From contig OZ024741.1 of NCBI GenBank assembly GCA_964016885.1, forward strand, positions 373,488,001 to 373,552,000: DNA of 64,000 nucleotides, written 5' to 3'. Below, in pieces: positions 1 through 12,687 of this stretch. The translations under genes and the position numbers were made by a program. The stretch's first letter is position 1, and every line of letters begins with the position of its first letter. The stretch is from Eledone cirrhosa. Lineage: Eukaryota. The notes under the pieces are model-generated. The model saw only the letters and a program-made list of their open reading frames with translations. It had not been told where the DNA came from and did no database searches.

Positions 1-2128
1 ATGTCATTGGAGAGAAGTGTATCCGGAATGATAAAGGTGAGCTTGCCCTCACAAGTGCTGAGAAGAAAGATGCATGGAAGAGTCATTATGATAGATTACT
101 AAATGAGGAGAATGCATGGGAAGAAGAGACCCTACCCCACGTAGACCCTATAGAGGGACCAGCAGTACAAGTCAGCGGCAGCGTAGTAAGTAAGGCAATC
201 AGAGATATGAAGATAGGGAAGGCAACCGGTCCATCGGGTATAGCTGCCGAGATGCTGAAGGCATCTGGGTCTGTAGGTCACACTATAACCACACGTATCG
301 TTAACCAGGTAATACTAGAGGGGGCCATACCAAAAGATTGGTGCAGTAGCATCATTGTCAACTGCTACAAAGGTAAAGGCGATGCACTAGATAGAGGAAA
401 CTATAGAGGTATAAAGTTGATGGACCAGGTCATGAAAGTAACAGAAAGAGTTATAGCACAGCTGATTAGGGACCGGGTGAATATAGACGAGATGCAATTT
501 GGGTTTGTTCCAGGGAAAGGCACCACTGATGCGCTCTTCCTTGTGAGGCAATTACAGGAAAAGTACCTAGCTAAAAGTAAGCCACTCTACTTGGCATTTG
601 TCGACCTTGAGAAAGCCTTTGACAGAGTTCCACGTGCAGTAATCTGGTGGGCTCTTAGAAAACTAGGAGTAGATGAATGGCTTGTGAAAGCGGTACAAGC
701 CATGTATAGGGGAGCAGTCAGCAAAGTTAGGATTGGCAATGAGTATAGCGAGGAATTTAGCGTACAGGTTGGGGTCCACCAGGGCTCTGTTCTTAGCCCT
801 CTCCTGTTCATCATAGTCCTGCAGGCAATAACGGAGGAGTTTAAGACCGGATGCCCATGGGAACTCCTGTATGCTGATGACCTCGCACTCATAGCTGAAT
901 CTATGGTAGAACTAGAGAATAAATTCCAAACCTGGAAGCAGGGACTAGAGAGAAAGGGCCTCAAAGTCAACATGACAAAGACTAAGGTCCTTATAAGTAG
1001 ACGAGAAAACAGAACCCAGATCCCCTCAGGGAAATGGCCTTGCTCAGTATGTAGGAAAGGTGTAGGTAGGAACTCCATCCTTTGCCCCAAATGCAAACAA
1101 TGGGTACACAAGAGATGTAGCGGGATCTCAGGAAGCTTAATTAAGAATGTAGGATTCACATGCAGCAGCTGTTGCTGAAACAGCAAGCAAACAGCCACAG
1201 GAAACAAGTACCACCAATCTCTGGGAGGGCCCTGTAGAAACAGTAGACAGCTTCTGCTACCTAGGTGACCGAATTAGCAACGGAGGTGGGTGCTCAGAAA
1301 GTACAATAACTAGGGTAAGAACGGGATGGAAGAAGTTTAGGGAACTACTACCACTGCTAGCTGCAAAAGGCTTCTCCCTCAGAATGAAAGGCAGACTGTA
1401 TGATGCGTGTATCCGAACAGCGATGTTGCATGGTAGTGAGACCTGGGCGCTGAAGGTGGAAGACTTACGTAGATTAGAGAGAAACGAAGCCTGCATGCTC
1501 CGATGGATGTGTAACAGTAATATACGTGAACGACAAAGCATAAATGAATTGAGAGAGAGACTGAGCATAAGAGGAATCAAATGCTGCGTGCAGGAGAGGC
1601 GGTTACGCTGGTATGGACATGTGATGCGTATGAAGGATGACAGCTGCATAAAAAGGTGCAGAGCACTAGAAGTTGATGGAAACCGCGGAGTGGGGAGACC
1701 CAAGATGACTTGGGATGAGGTGATAAAAGCCGACCTTACCCAACTACACCTCTCAAAGTCAATGACACACGACCGTGACTTCTGGCGTCACGCAGTAATA
1801 CAGGGTACCCGACCTCCCATGGGTACATGCTGAAGCATATAAACAATATGCCCCCCCCCCCACCGCAAGGTGGTCGTGGAGGTGCCACGGCAAAAAAGCA
1901 CCCAGCCCACACTGTAAAGTGGACGTGTAGGCGCCACGAAAAAGCACCCAGCACTCACTGTAAATGAGGTTGGTGTTAGGAAGGGCATCCAGCTGTAGAA
2001 ATCAAGCCAGATCAGTTCCTGTATGAGCAAGGCATGGTCAGCCGACCAGACACTGCCCACAACAGGACAACAACCCGTCTAACCCATGCTAGCGTGGAAG
2101 AACGGACGTAAAACGGTGATGATGATGA
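1..2128 (+). mobile_element. RTE-clade LINE, subfamily A, 3' half (RT + PHD-like finger + 3' UTR + (GAT)n tail); cut by window start
   Basis: ORF 207-1178 has RT motifs (QFGFVPGKGTTDA, FVDLEKAFDRV, GVHQGSVLSPLLF, YADD). ORF 1384-1833 has the RTE C-terminus (RRLRWYGHVMR, GRPKMTW). Ends ...GGACGTAAAACGGTGATGATGATG. Confidence 0.93.
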
Positions 2129-2314
2129 TATATATACATATATATATACATATATATATAACATATATACATACATATATACATACATATATATATATAT
2201 ATATACATATATATATACATATATATATACATACATATATACATACATATATATATATCTATATATACATATATATATACATATATATATACATACATAT
2301 ATACATATATATAT

Positions 2315-2367
<53 letters not shown>

Positions 2368-2655
2368 TATATACATATATATATATATACATATATACAT
2401 ATATATATACATACATATATACATATATATATATACATACATATATATATATATATACATATATATATACATATATACATATATATATACATATATATAT
2501 ACATACATACATATATATATACACATATATATACATACATATATACATACATATATATACATATATATATACATATATATATACATATATATATATACAT
2601 ACATATATATATATACATACATATATATATATACATACATATATATATACATACA

Positions 2656-2691
<36 letters not shown>

Positions 2692-2861
2692 CATACATAT
2701 ATATATATATATACATACATACATATATATATATACATACATATATATATATACATACATACATATATATATATACATACATATATATATATATATATAC
2801 ATACATATATATATATATATACATACATATATATATATACATACATATATATATACATACA

Positions 2862-2893
<32 letters not shown>

Positions 2894-3418
2894 CATATAT
2901 ATACATACATACATATATATACATACATACATATATACATACATACATATATATATATATACATACATACATATATACATACATATATATATATACATAC
3001 ATACATATATACATAGATACATATATACATACATACATATATATATATATACATACATACATATATATATATACATACATATATATATATATATACATAC
3101 ATACATACATATATATATACATACATATATATATATATACATACGTATATATATATATATATACATACATACATATATATATATACATACATACATATAT
3201 ATATATACATACATACATATATATATATACATACATACATATATATATATACATACATATATATATATACATACATATATATATATATATACATACATAT
3301 ATATATATATTTACATACATATATGTATATACATACATATATGTATATACATACATATATGTATATACATACATATATGTATATACATATATATATATAT
3401 ATATATATACATACATAC

Positions 3419-3453
<35 letters not shown>

Positions 3454-3502
3454 CATACATATATATATATATATATACATACATATATATATATATACAT
3501 AC

Positions 3503-3534
<32 letters not shown>

Positions 3535-3588
3535 ATATATATATATATACATATATATACATATATATATATACATATATATATATAC

Positions 3589-3621
<33 letters not shown>

Positions 3622-3643
3622 CATACATATATATATACATATA
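2128..3643. repeat. ~1.5-kb (TA)n/(TACA)n compound microsatellite
   Basis: Directly visible; source of the spurious Y/I/H/T ORFs. Confidence 0.98.
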
Positions 3644-3800
3644 AGTAAGATGTATGGTAGGTCGTATGTTAATCGCGATGATCACGTCTGACTTACCAAA
3701 TATGGGGTCGGACGAAACGGCTGTCGGCAATAAACTTGTTATAATGTCATAATAGTTCCTTTGTTCTTTTTCACTAATATATACATATATATATATATAC

Positions 3801-3852
<52 letters not shown>

Positions 3853-3869
3853 ATATATATACATATATA

Positions 3870-6686
3870 CTCCTCTTTGTTTCGGCCGCGGATGGCCAAC
3901 ATAACCCCAACTCCATCCCCCTCACCCTCCCTGCGCCTCACCCACCAAACGGAATCCCAAACTTCAGAGTTGGTACCATGAATGTAGGCACCTTAAAAGG
4001 TTGCTCTAACGATGTTGTAGAAATGCTTGACTGTAAGAAGGTTGATGTTTGCTGTATCCAAGAGACCAGGTGGAGGGGTGGGTCTGCTAGATTCATTGTG
4101 GGTAAAAAAAACGATGCTATAAGCTTTACTGTGTGGGAAATGAGAATGGGCTGGGTGGAGTAGGAATCATGTTAGCAGAAAAATGTGTGGATAAGATAAT
4201 AAACGTAAATAGAGTGAATGACAGAATAATTAAAATAAGACTTGTCCTCAATAGAACTACTGTGACGATAATATCTGCGTATGCACCCCAATCCGGACTG
4301 CCTGGCGCTATAAAAGACAGATTCTATGAGACACTGATGCTCACTACCTCCCAAATAACCGATAGTGACTATATAATTATTGCTGGCGACCTAAATGGTC
4401 ACGTTGGACAACATTGTGACGGCTATGACGGAATCCACAGAGTCTATGGGTTTGGTACTAGAAATGAGGAAGGCTCCAGAATCCTGGAATTCTGTAACGC
4501 AAATAACCTAACTATCTGTAACACTAACTTCAAAAAACGAGACAATCACTTGATCACCTACAGATCAGGGTAATATACCAGCCAGGTAGATTATATCTTT
4601 ACCAGAAGACGTGACAGAGTGTCTGTTGTAAACACTAAATCCCTCTCCCATGAAGAATGCACCTCCCACCATAGACTGATAATTAGCGACCTCATAGTCA
4701 GAACGAGACGTACTCGACAACAGAAGAGGACTATCCTCAGGAGAAAAATATGGAATCTAAAGGACCCCACAACCAGTAATAAATTTAAAAGCATATTACT
4801 TGATGCTTTTGACAGTAAGGAAGAGCATTTAGAGTCGTACAATATAGAGGAACAGTGGGTATTCCTGAAAGCAAACCTGCTGATGGCGACAGACGAAGTC
4901 TGTGGCTGGAGCAGACCTATAGGCAGGAGGAGCGTTAATGTGGTGGTGGAACAGTAAGGTGGAGGAGTCAATTAAGGCCAAAAACCAGGAAGTATGGCGG
5001 GATGGGGGAAGTAGAGAAGACTATCAAGTGGCCAGGAGGGAAGCTAGGAGACAAGTGTAATTCGCAAGAAGGGAAGCAGAGGAAAGAAAGTTCAAGCATG
5101 TTCTACAACGCGAGGACCAAAAACGTGAGGTGTTCAGGATTGCTAGGCAATGTGTCAAGGAAAACCATGATATTGTCGGGGAGAAGTGTGTGCTTAATGA
5201 TGATGGTGTACTTGTCATCACTGACGCTGATAAGAAGGTAGCTTGGAAGTGTCACTACGAAAGGCTACTAAATGAGGAGAATAAATGAGCGAAAGACAGT
5301 CTCCCCCACATCGATCCAATAGAGGGACCAGCAGTGTTAGTCGAAGGTAGTATAATAAGTAAGGCAATCAAAGATATGAAGACGGACAAGGCGGTTGGGC
5401 CTTCCGAAATAGTTGCTGAAATGCTGAAAGCATCTGGAACAGTGGAACACACTATGGTCACCCGGATAGTAAACCAAGTCATACAGAATGGGGTCATACC
5501 AAATGACTGGCGTAGCAGCATCATCATTAACTGCTACAAGGGTAAAGGAGATGCACTAGATAGAGGAAACTACAGAGACATTAAATTAATTGACCAGGTC
5601 ATGAAGGTCACAGAAAAAGTAATAGCGCAACTAATCAGAGAGGGAATTGATGTAGATGAAATGCAGTTCGGGTTTGTGTCAGGTAAAAGTACCACAGACG
5701 CTCTTTTCCTTGTACGACAACTGCAGAAGTACCTAGCTAAAAGTAAACCCCTATACTTAGCTTTGTTGACTTGGAAAAAGCCTTTGACAGAGTCCCCCGC
5801 TCCAATATCTGGTGGGCTCTCAGAAAACTAGGTGTTGATGAATGGCTTGTGAGAGCTATACAAGCCATGTATAAAGAAACAGTCAGCAAGGTTAGAATTA
5901 ACAAGTATATAGTGAAGAGTTTAGCGTAAAAGTTGGTGTTCATCAGGGCTCTGTCCTTAGCCACAGCAATGTTACATGGCAGTGAGACATGGGCATTGTG
6001 TGCAGAGGATCTACGCAGACTGCAGAGGAACAAAGCTTGCATGCTCTGTTGGATGTGTAATAGATACATGAACAGCAAAGCATAAATGAACTAAGTGAGA
6101 AATTAGGAATAAGAGGGATCAGATGCTGTTTACTCGAGAGAAGACTACGTTGGTATGGTCACGTGATGCGCATGAAAGACGACAGCTGTATAAAAAAGTG
6201 CAGGTCAATAAAGATAGACGGTAGCTACGGAGTAGGCAGACCCAGAAAAAACTGGGACGATTTGATAAATTCCGACCTTACACACACCTCTCCAAGACAA
6301 TGTCACTAGACCGTGATCTTTGGCGCTACGCAGTAATATAGAAGACCCGCCTTGCCTAAGTACAAAGCGAAACCTACAGTCAGTAGGCACCTCTTAACCA
6401 AAATACACCCCCGTCCCACTACCCTACCCCCAACCCCATCTCGATGTAAAGTTATGTTGGTACCACAACATCCAGTCCTAAATAAATGAGGTCGTGTAGG
6501 TGTCATGACAAAAAATCACACAGTCCACGCTGTAATGTGGCCGTGTAGGTAACATGGTAAAAACCTCCCAGTTGGTATTAGGAAGGGCATACAGCCGTAG
6601 AAAAGACAACCAATCTTGCCTCAAGTGGGACAATTCCCGTCTAAACCCATGCTCGCGTGGAAGATAGCCGTATGATGATGATGATA
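3870..6686 (+). mobile_element. RTE-clade LINE, subfamily B, near full-length but decayed, with an internal deletion spanning YADD and the PHD region
   Basis: APE endonuclease fragments (MNVGTL, IQETRW, SAYAPQ, AGDLNGHVG, SHHRL) and RT fragments (5334-5831). Sequence jumps from HQGSVLS to TAMLHGSETW at ~5960. Ends in a (GAT)n tail. Colinear with the 59-62 kb copy. Confidence 0.92.
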
Positions 6687-7088
6687 TTATATATATATAT
6701 ATATATATACATACACAAATATATATATATATACACACATGCATATACATATGCATACACAGACACACACATATATATACATGTATATACACATACATAC
6801 ACAGACATACTCACACACACATATATTTATCTTATGAATTATGTAAGTGCTGGGTGATTTAAAATTGGAAAACGAGGGAATCCTAAATGCAGAAAATAAC
6901 TGTAACAACAGTCGATTGCTATGAGTAATAGCTTAGAAAATTGAGTAAAATGCCCAAAAAGTTACTAGTCGCAGCTACAATATTTGACAGATATGGAGTT
7001 CATTTCTATAGCAGCTGTTGGCTACCTTTTTCTGTCTATAGGAGTATTTTACCTATTTTTCTAAGCTCTTATTATTATTTGGGATTAC

Positions 7089-7313
7089 GGCGGTGGATTT
7101 GCAGTATCGATAGAGCATCGGACTACATGCTTCACAGCACAGAGTTACGGCCCTTTACGTTCTGAGTTCAAATCCCGCAGCGGTTAGCTTTACCTTTCAT
7201 CATTACGGGGTTGATAAATAAAGCACCAGTAATGCACTGGGGTCGATGTTATCGATTTTCCCTTCCCCGAAAATTGCTGGCCTTGTGCTTAAAGAAGAAC
7301 AATTATTATTATT
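7089..7313 (+). mobile_element. tRNA-derived SINE (family with GCCTTTCATCCTTACGGGGTCGATAAAATAAAGTACCAG central domain and (ATT)n tail)
   Basis: Pol III A-box-like head, B-box GAGTTCAAATCCC, and a central domain shared with more than 10 other copies in the window. Confidence 0.8.
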
Positions 7314-7329
7314 TAGGATTCTCACATTA

Positions 7330-7600
7330 AATCATCATTATCATCGTTTTAACATCCACTATCCCTGCTAACAAGGGTTGGACGGATCTACAGAGGCCAA
7401 GTCAGTACTGAAGCAGGGCTACTGATCTTCCAGACAAGCCAGGGATCTGTTTCCTGCTTATGTACAGTCTCACACTCTACCGAGTGTGTAGTGAAGGTTG
7501 TCATATCTTGCATACAACTAAAGATCCTCCCAACCCTTTGTTTGGCAAACTTTCTACAACTGGATGCCCTTATCACCAGCCACTTTACAGTGTTTACTAG
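7330..7600 (-). mobile_element. Old RTE-type 3' UTR/tail fragment (second copy ~41803-42010)
   Basis: (CAT)n tail, the CTACAACTGGATGCCCT stem motif, and visible similarity to 41803-42010. Confidence 0.6.
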
Positions 7601-7783
7601 GTGCGTTTATCATGTAGATCACGATGGCTGAGAGAAAAGAGTACACTTCATACAACTCCACTCCTCTCTTCACAGCACCTACCATCCTGTTCATTCTATC
7701 TTCATCCTACTAATTCCCTCTCCTCAATGAACCCCCTCCTGAGTCTTCCCTTAACTGTACTGTCTCTGCTATTGAATTTTAGT

Positions 7784-7833
7784 TCTTGTCTGATGACCCT
7801 ATGAGAAGCAGGTGAAATTTCAGAGTAACAAGG
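7784..7833 (+). ncRNA. Minimal type I hammerhead ribozyme motif
   Basis: TCTTGT-CTGATGA-C-CCT(atgagaagc)AGG-T-GAAA-TT(tcag)AG-TA|ACAAGG. Stems I, II and III all pair, and the GUA cleavage triplet is at 7825-7827. Confidence 0.7.
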
Positions 7834-7849
7834 CTCACTATTTAGACTT

Positions 7850-8755
7850 AACAAAATGAGAGTGAACCCAGCAAAGACTAAAGTATTGAAAAGTAAAAAA
7901 GAAGACAAGACTGATTCAATCAAGAAAATGGCCATGTTCGATATATAGAAAAGGAGTTGGCATAAACTCTATAGAATGTACACAATGCAGATCTTGAGTA
8001 CACAAGAGGTGTTGTGGGATAGCAAGCAAACTAACAGGAAGGGAAAACTTCATATGTAGTAGATGTTCAGGGAAAATTGATAGAAGTGTCAGTGATAGGC
8101 ACATTTTCCAATGCAGGTAGGATCTAAAAAGGTGGTTGATAGCTTCTGATATCTAGGTGATCAGATTAGCAAGGGAGCAGGGTGCTCCGAGGCCATAGTA
8201 TCTAGAATAAGGACAGGATGGAAATAAGTTTAGGGAGCTGCTTCCTCTGTTGACAATGAAGGGTTTCTCCCTACGAACAAAAAGTTGGTTGTATGATGCC
8301 TGTGTGAGATGTGCGATGCCGCATGGTAGTGAGACATGGGCAGCAACTCCGGAGGATATGCAAAGGCTGGAGAGAAATGAAGCAAGCATGCTCCGATGGA
8401 TGTGCAATGTCAATGTGAGTGAACGACCAAGCATGGACAAGTTGAGAGAAACTGTGTATAAGAGGGATGGCTGTAGTGTGTGAGAGAGAAGACAGCATTG
8501 GTATGGTCATGTGATGTACATGGAGGATGACCGCTGGGTGAAGAAGTGCCAAGAAATCCCAGTGGAAGGAAGACACAGTAGAAGAAAACCATGAAAAACA
8601 TGGGCGGAGGTGGTGAGAGCAGACCTCAGATCGCTGAAGCTCACAGAGGAGATGACGAGGGACCGTGACGAATGGAGAGTTGCTGTGCTGAAGAGGATCC
8701 ATCCCACCCTTGCAAGCAGGGAAAAGCGGACGTAAAATGATGACGATGATGATAT
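7850..8755 (+). mobile_element. RTE-clade LINE, older subfamily C, 3' fragment
   Basis: Decayed KTKVL...KWPCS...VHKRC...CSRC, then GFSLRTK..LYDACVR..HGSETW and WYGHVM. Tail is CATCCCACCCTTGCAAGCAGGGAAAAGCGGACGTAAAATGATGACGATGAT. Confidence 0.85.
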
Positions 8756-8869
8756 ATATCATCATCATCTTCATTTAACGTCTATTTTCCCACTAGATTA
8801 GAGGCAAGTCGAGTCAGGAGACTGTGTCTTGCTCATTCTACTTAACCTAGCTAAATGAATCTGCACAAT

Positions 8870-9780
8870 AGTTTCAAACACAAGACCAAGTGACCACAGA
8901 CTATAGGAGATGAATGAAATACTCATCAAGAAAAAATACTCTCTAAACATAATCAACAATAGCATTTGAAAAGGAAAAAATATTATTATTCAAGTTCTCC
9001 AAGAAACAAAACCAAAATGGAAAAAAAAAAGTCATACTACGCATCTCAACCTTCAACCCCGAAACACAGAAATTTATACACATATACAAAAAGACAAAAA
9101 GTTAAAAACCTCTTACAAAAATATCCTGTTATTAAGAGTAAATGACAGCCAAAATCATAAAAAAAATACTGATACAGGCAGAGCTGCAAACCACAATAAC
9201 AGAAGCCCATGTGAAAAGATGTAACAGACCTCATTGCGGAATGTGCAATAACCTACTGAAAGGCCATGAATTCCACTTCAAAGATGGTTCTATCTTTAAA
9301 ATTAGGAACAACTTTTCATTGCTGTGAACATTATATAGGACAGGCAGGGTTAACACTCCAACAAAGAATGACAGGCCACAGACAACAAATTAGAACTCCA
9401 TCCACAAAGAAAATCCCCCTAAGCAAACATATAGAAGAATGCAGAGGAACAACACTTTCAAACTTTGATGTTTTCCCCTTGTACCAATGTGATTATCAAA
9501 TCACAGAACAAGGTAGAATTAATAAAGAGAAAATGATTATTAGAAAATTCAAACTAAGTTTAAACTCACAACATAATTATTTTTTCAACACTAAAGAAAA
9601 AAAAGTTGTATCCCTTACATGGACAGAAACGACCCTAACCATGCAATCATAACACAGCATGAAGGAGTCTGAACGAAAGGACAAACAAACTTAAAAAGAA
9701 ATGTTTTTGAAAATTTAAAAACTGAGAAAGCAAGCTATGCTAAACACCAACATTTTGTAGATGTTATAAAGTCCCTTCTT
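8870..9780 (+). mobile_element. Penelope-like element remnant: Cys-rich linker plus GIY-YIG endonuclease
   Basis: 9142-9327 gives KRCNRPHCGMC. 9266-9652 gives CCEHYIGQAGLTLQQRMTGHRQQI...LSKH...RINKEKMIIRKFKLSLN, matching the YIG, R, H, E and LN pattern of PLE GIY-YIG domains. Frameshifted. Confidence 0.75.
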
Positions 9781-9840
9781 TTTTATATATATATACACGG
9801 TGCATTTTCTTTTATTTCCTTTTTCTTTATATAATGTGAT

Positions 9841-11340
9841 CTAGGAGTAGATGAATGGCTTGTGAAAGCGGTACAAGCCATGTATAGGGGAGCAGTCAGC
9901 AAAGTTAGGATTAGCAATGAGTATAGTGAGGAATTTAGCGTACAGGTTGGGGTCCACCAGGGCTCTGTTCTTAGCCCCCTCCTGTTCATCATAGTCCTGC
10001 AGGCAATAACGGAGGAGTTTAAGACCGGATGTCCATGGGAACTCCTGTATGCTGATGACCTCGCACTCATAGCTGAATCTATGATAGAACTAGAGAAGAA
10101 ATTCCAAACTTGGAAGCAGGGACTAGAAAGAAAGGGTCTCAAAGTCAACATGACAAAGACTAAGGTCCTTGTAAGTAGATGAGAAAACAGAACCCAGATC
10201 CCCTCAGGGAAATGGCCTTGCTCAGTATGTAGGAAAGGTGTAGGTAGGAACTCCATTCTCTGCCCCAAATGCAAACAATGGGTACACAAGAGATGTAGCG
10301 GGATCTCAGGAAGCTTAAATAAGAAAGAAAGTAGACTTCACATGCAGAGAGCTGTGCTGGGACAGCAAGCAGCAGACAGCAAGCAGCAAACAGCCACAGG
10401 AAACAAATACCACCAATCTCTGGGAGGGCTCTGTAGAAACAGTAGACAGCTTCTGCTACCTAGGTGACCGAATTAGCAGCGGAGGTGGGTGTTCAGAAAG
10501 TACAATAACTAGGGTAAGAACAGGATGGAAGAAGTTTAGGGAACTACTACCACTGCTAGCTGCAAAAGGCTTCTCCCTCAGAATGAAAGGCAGACTGTAT
10601 GATGCGTGTATCCGAACAGCATTGTTGCATGGTAGTGAGACCTGGGCGCTGAAGGTGGAAGACTTACGTAGATTAGAGAGAAACGAAGCCTGCATGCTCC
10701 GATGGATGTGTAACAGTAATATACGTGAACGACAAAGCATAAATGAATTGAGAGAGAGACTGAGCATAAGAGGAATCAAATGATGTGTGCAGGAGAGGCG
10801 GTTGCACTGGTATGGACATGTGATGCGTATGAAGGATGACAGCTGCATAAAAAGGTGCAGAGCACTAGAATTCGATGGAAACCGCGGAGTGGGGAGAACC
10901 AAGATGACTGGGGATGAGGTGATAAAAGCCGACCTTACCCAATTACACCTCTCAAAGGCAATGACACACGACCGTGACCTCTGGCGTCACGCAGTAATAC
11001 AGAGTACCCAACCTCCCATGGGTACAAGCTGAAGCATATAGACAATATGCCCCCACACCCCCCACCGCAAGGTGGTCGTGGAGGTGCCACAGCAAAAAAG
11101 CACCCAGCCCACACTGTAAAGTGGACGTGTAGGCGCCACGAAAAAGCACCCAGCACTCACTGTAAATGAGGTTGGTGTTAGGAAGGGCATCCAGCTGTAG
11201 AAATCAAGCCAAATCAGTTCCTGTATGAGCAAGGCATGGTCAGCCGACCAGACACTGCCCACAACAGGACAACCTGTCTAACCCATGCTAGCGTGGAAGA
11301 ATGGACGTAAAACGATGATGATGATGATGATGATGATGAT
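9841..11340 (+). mobile_element. RTE-clade LINE, subfamily A, 5'-truncated
   Basis: Near-identical to 664-2128 with YADD, PHD-like motif and in-frame stops; (GAT)n tail. Confidence 0.93.
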
Positions 11341-11364
11341 CTGTATATACATGCGTGTATGTAA

Positions 11365-11399
<35 letters not shown>

Positions 11400-11647
11400 G
11401 AGAAAATATCTGTGTGTCATCAAACGATGTACACATATGGATATTTTTTCAAATTCCAATTGAGTTCTAGCACGTGGCTTGAATTCCTTTTAGAATTCCT
11501 TGTCCTGCGCATGTATTTTTTTTTGGCGGTAATTCTCCTTCCTCTTTTTTTGAAACAGTATGAGAATTTCTTTAGAACTGCTGGGCTAGCAACCTAACAG
11601 CTACCTCAAGCACTGATGGTGATTATCACTAAATATTGATGATGATT

Positions 11648-11995
11648 TCATCATCATCATCATCATTTCATTTTACGTCCACTTTTCCCTGCTTGCAAGG
11701 GTGGGATGAGAACTGATTCTGGCTTGATTTCTACAGCTGGATGCCCTTCCTAACACCAACCTCATTTACAGTGAGTGCTGGGTGTTTTTTTGCCGTGGCA
11801 CCTCCACGACCGCTTTGCAGTGGAATGATATGGACCCCTGTCCCTATCACCTCATTTCTACAACTGAGTAAACTGGAGCAATGTGAAATAAAGTGTCTTG
11901 CTCAAGGAAACAACACATCACCCGGTCTGAGAATTGAACTCACAACCTTTCGATTGCAAGGCCAATGCTCTAACCACTACGCCATGTGCCTCCAT
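11648..11995 (-). mobile_element. tRNA-head CORE-type SINE with RTE-derived 3' tail
   Basis: Reverse complement has the head GGAGGCACATGGCGTAGTGGTTAGAGC, a B-box, CORE-like CCTTGAGCAAGACACTTTATTTCACATTGCTCCAG, and an RTE 3' UTR tail. Same family as 44073-44407. Confidence 0.82.
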
Positions 11996-12321
11996 TTGAT
12001 TATCAATATTAATATTATTGGGCACCCACTGAAGAATTATAAGAACCCACTTCAATAAGTATCTGTTGATCTTATACAAGCTTCTACATAAATTGGTATA
12101 ATTTCACCCAACTTGTAGGAATCTTATAATGAAACGAGACGTCTGTCTGGGAAGAGATATATTTGATATATCTCATATGAAATAATACAGCCAATTTTCC
12201 AAACAATACAATTAGTTAGCACCCCGAACGTTTAATTAGGAATATACTCATTTATTTCCTAATGTTTGTTGAGTGAGTTGCGATTTGGCCGGAGTATCGC
12301 TATTAGCTTTCTCCGATAATG

Positions 12322-12455
<134 letters not shown>

Positions 12456-12550
12456 AAACAAAATTGGTTTTCATTCTAACATAGCAGATACGGCGATGTA
12501 TTTGTGTTGCAAGGTTTTTGATATGAAATCATGTGTTGAAACAGATATTT

Positions 12551-12659
12551 TTATATTTGGGGAGGGTCATGTTGTTATAATATTGTCAGTATAGTATAGA
12601 GTATGTTTTACTATACTTTTCTAGTTATATTATAACAACATGACCCTCTCCAAATATAA
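12551..12659. repeat. Short inverted repeat (33-bp arms, ~43-bp spacer)
   Basis: TTATATTTGGGGAGGGTCATGTTGTTATAATAT vs ATATTATAACAACATGACCCTCTCCAAATATAA, one mismatch. Confidence 0.85.
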
Positions 12660-12687
12660 CAATATATATACATATAAGATATATATA

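Noticed and set aside
587-1703. Minus-strand ORFs antisense to the RTE RT, recurring in several copies
   Set aside because: Shadow ORFs of the sense reading frame; they recur only because the element is repeated.
2012-3925. Long ORFs (up to 520 aa) of Y/I/H/T/M/C/V, also at 51.5, 54.5-55.2, 56.3-56.8 and 57.2-58.5 kb
   Set aside because: Translations of (TA)/(TACA) microsatellites that happen to lack stop codons; no coding complexity.
11405-11450. Imperfect ~50-nt hairpin as a pre-miRNA
   Set aside because: Short, AT-rich, next to a microsatellite, and not recognisable as a known miRNA; cannot be supported from sequence alone.
12063-12146. CTGTTGA...long stem...GAAACG-AGA-CGTC hammerhead-like arrangement
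   Set aside because: Core mismatch and no convincing stem I; at best heavily decayed.
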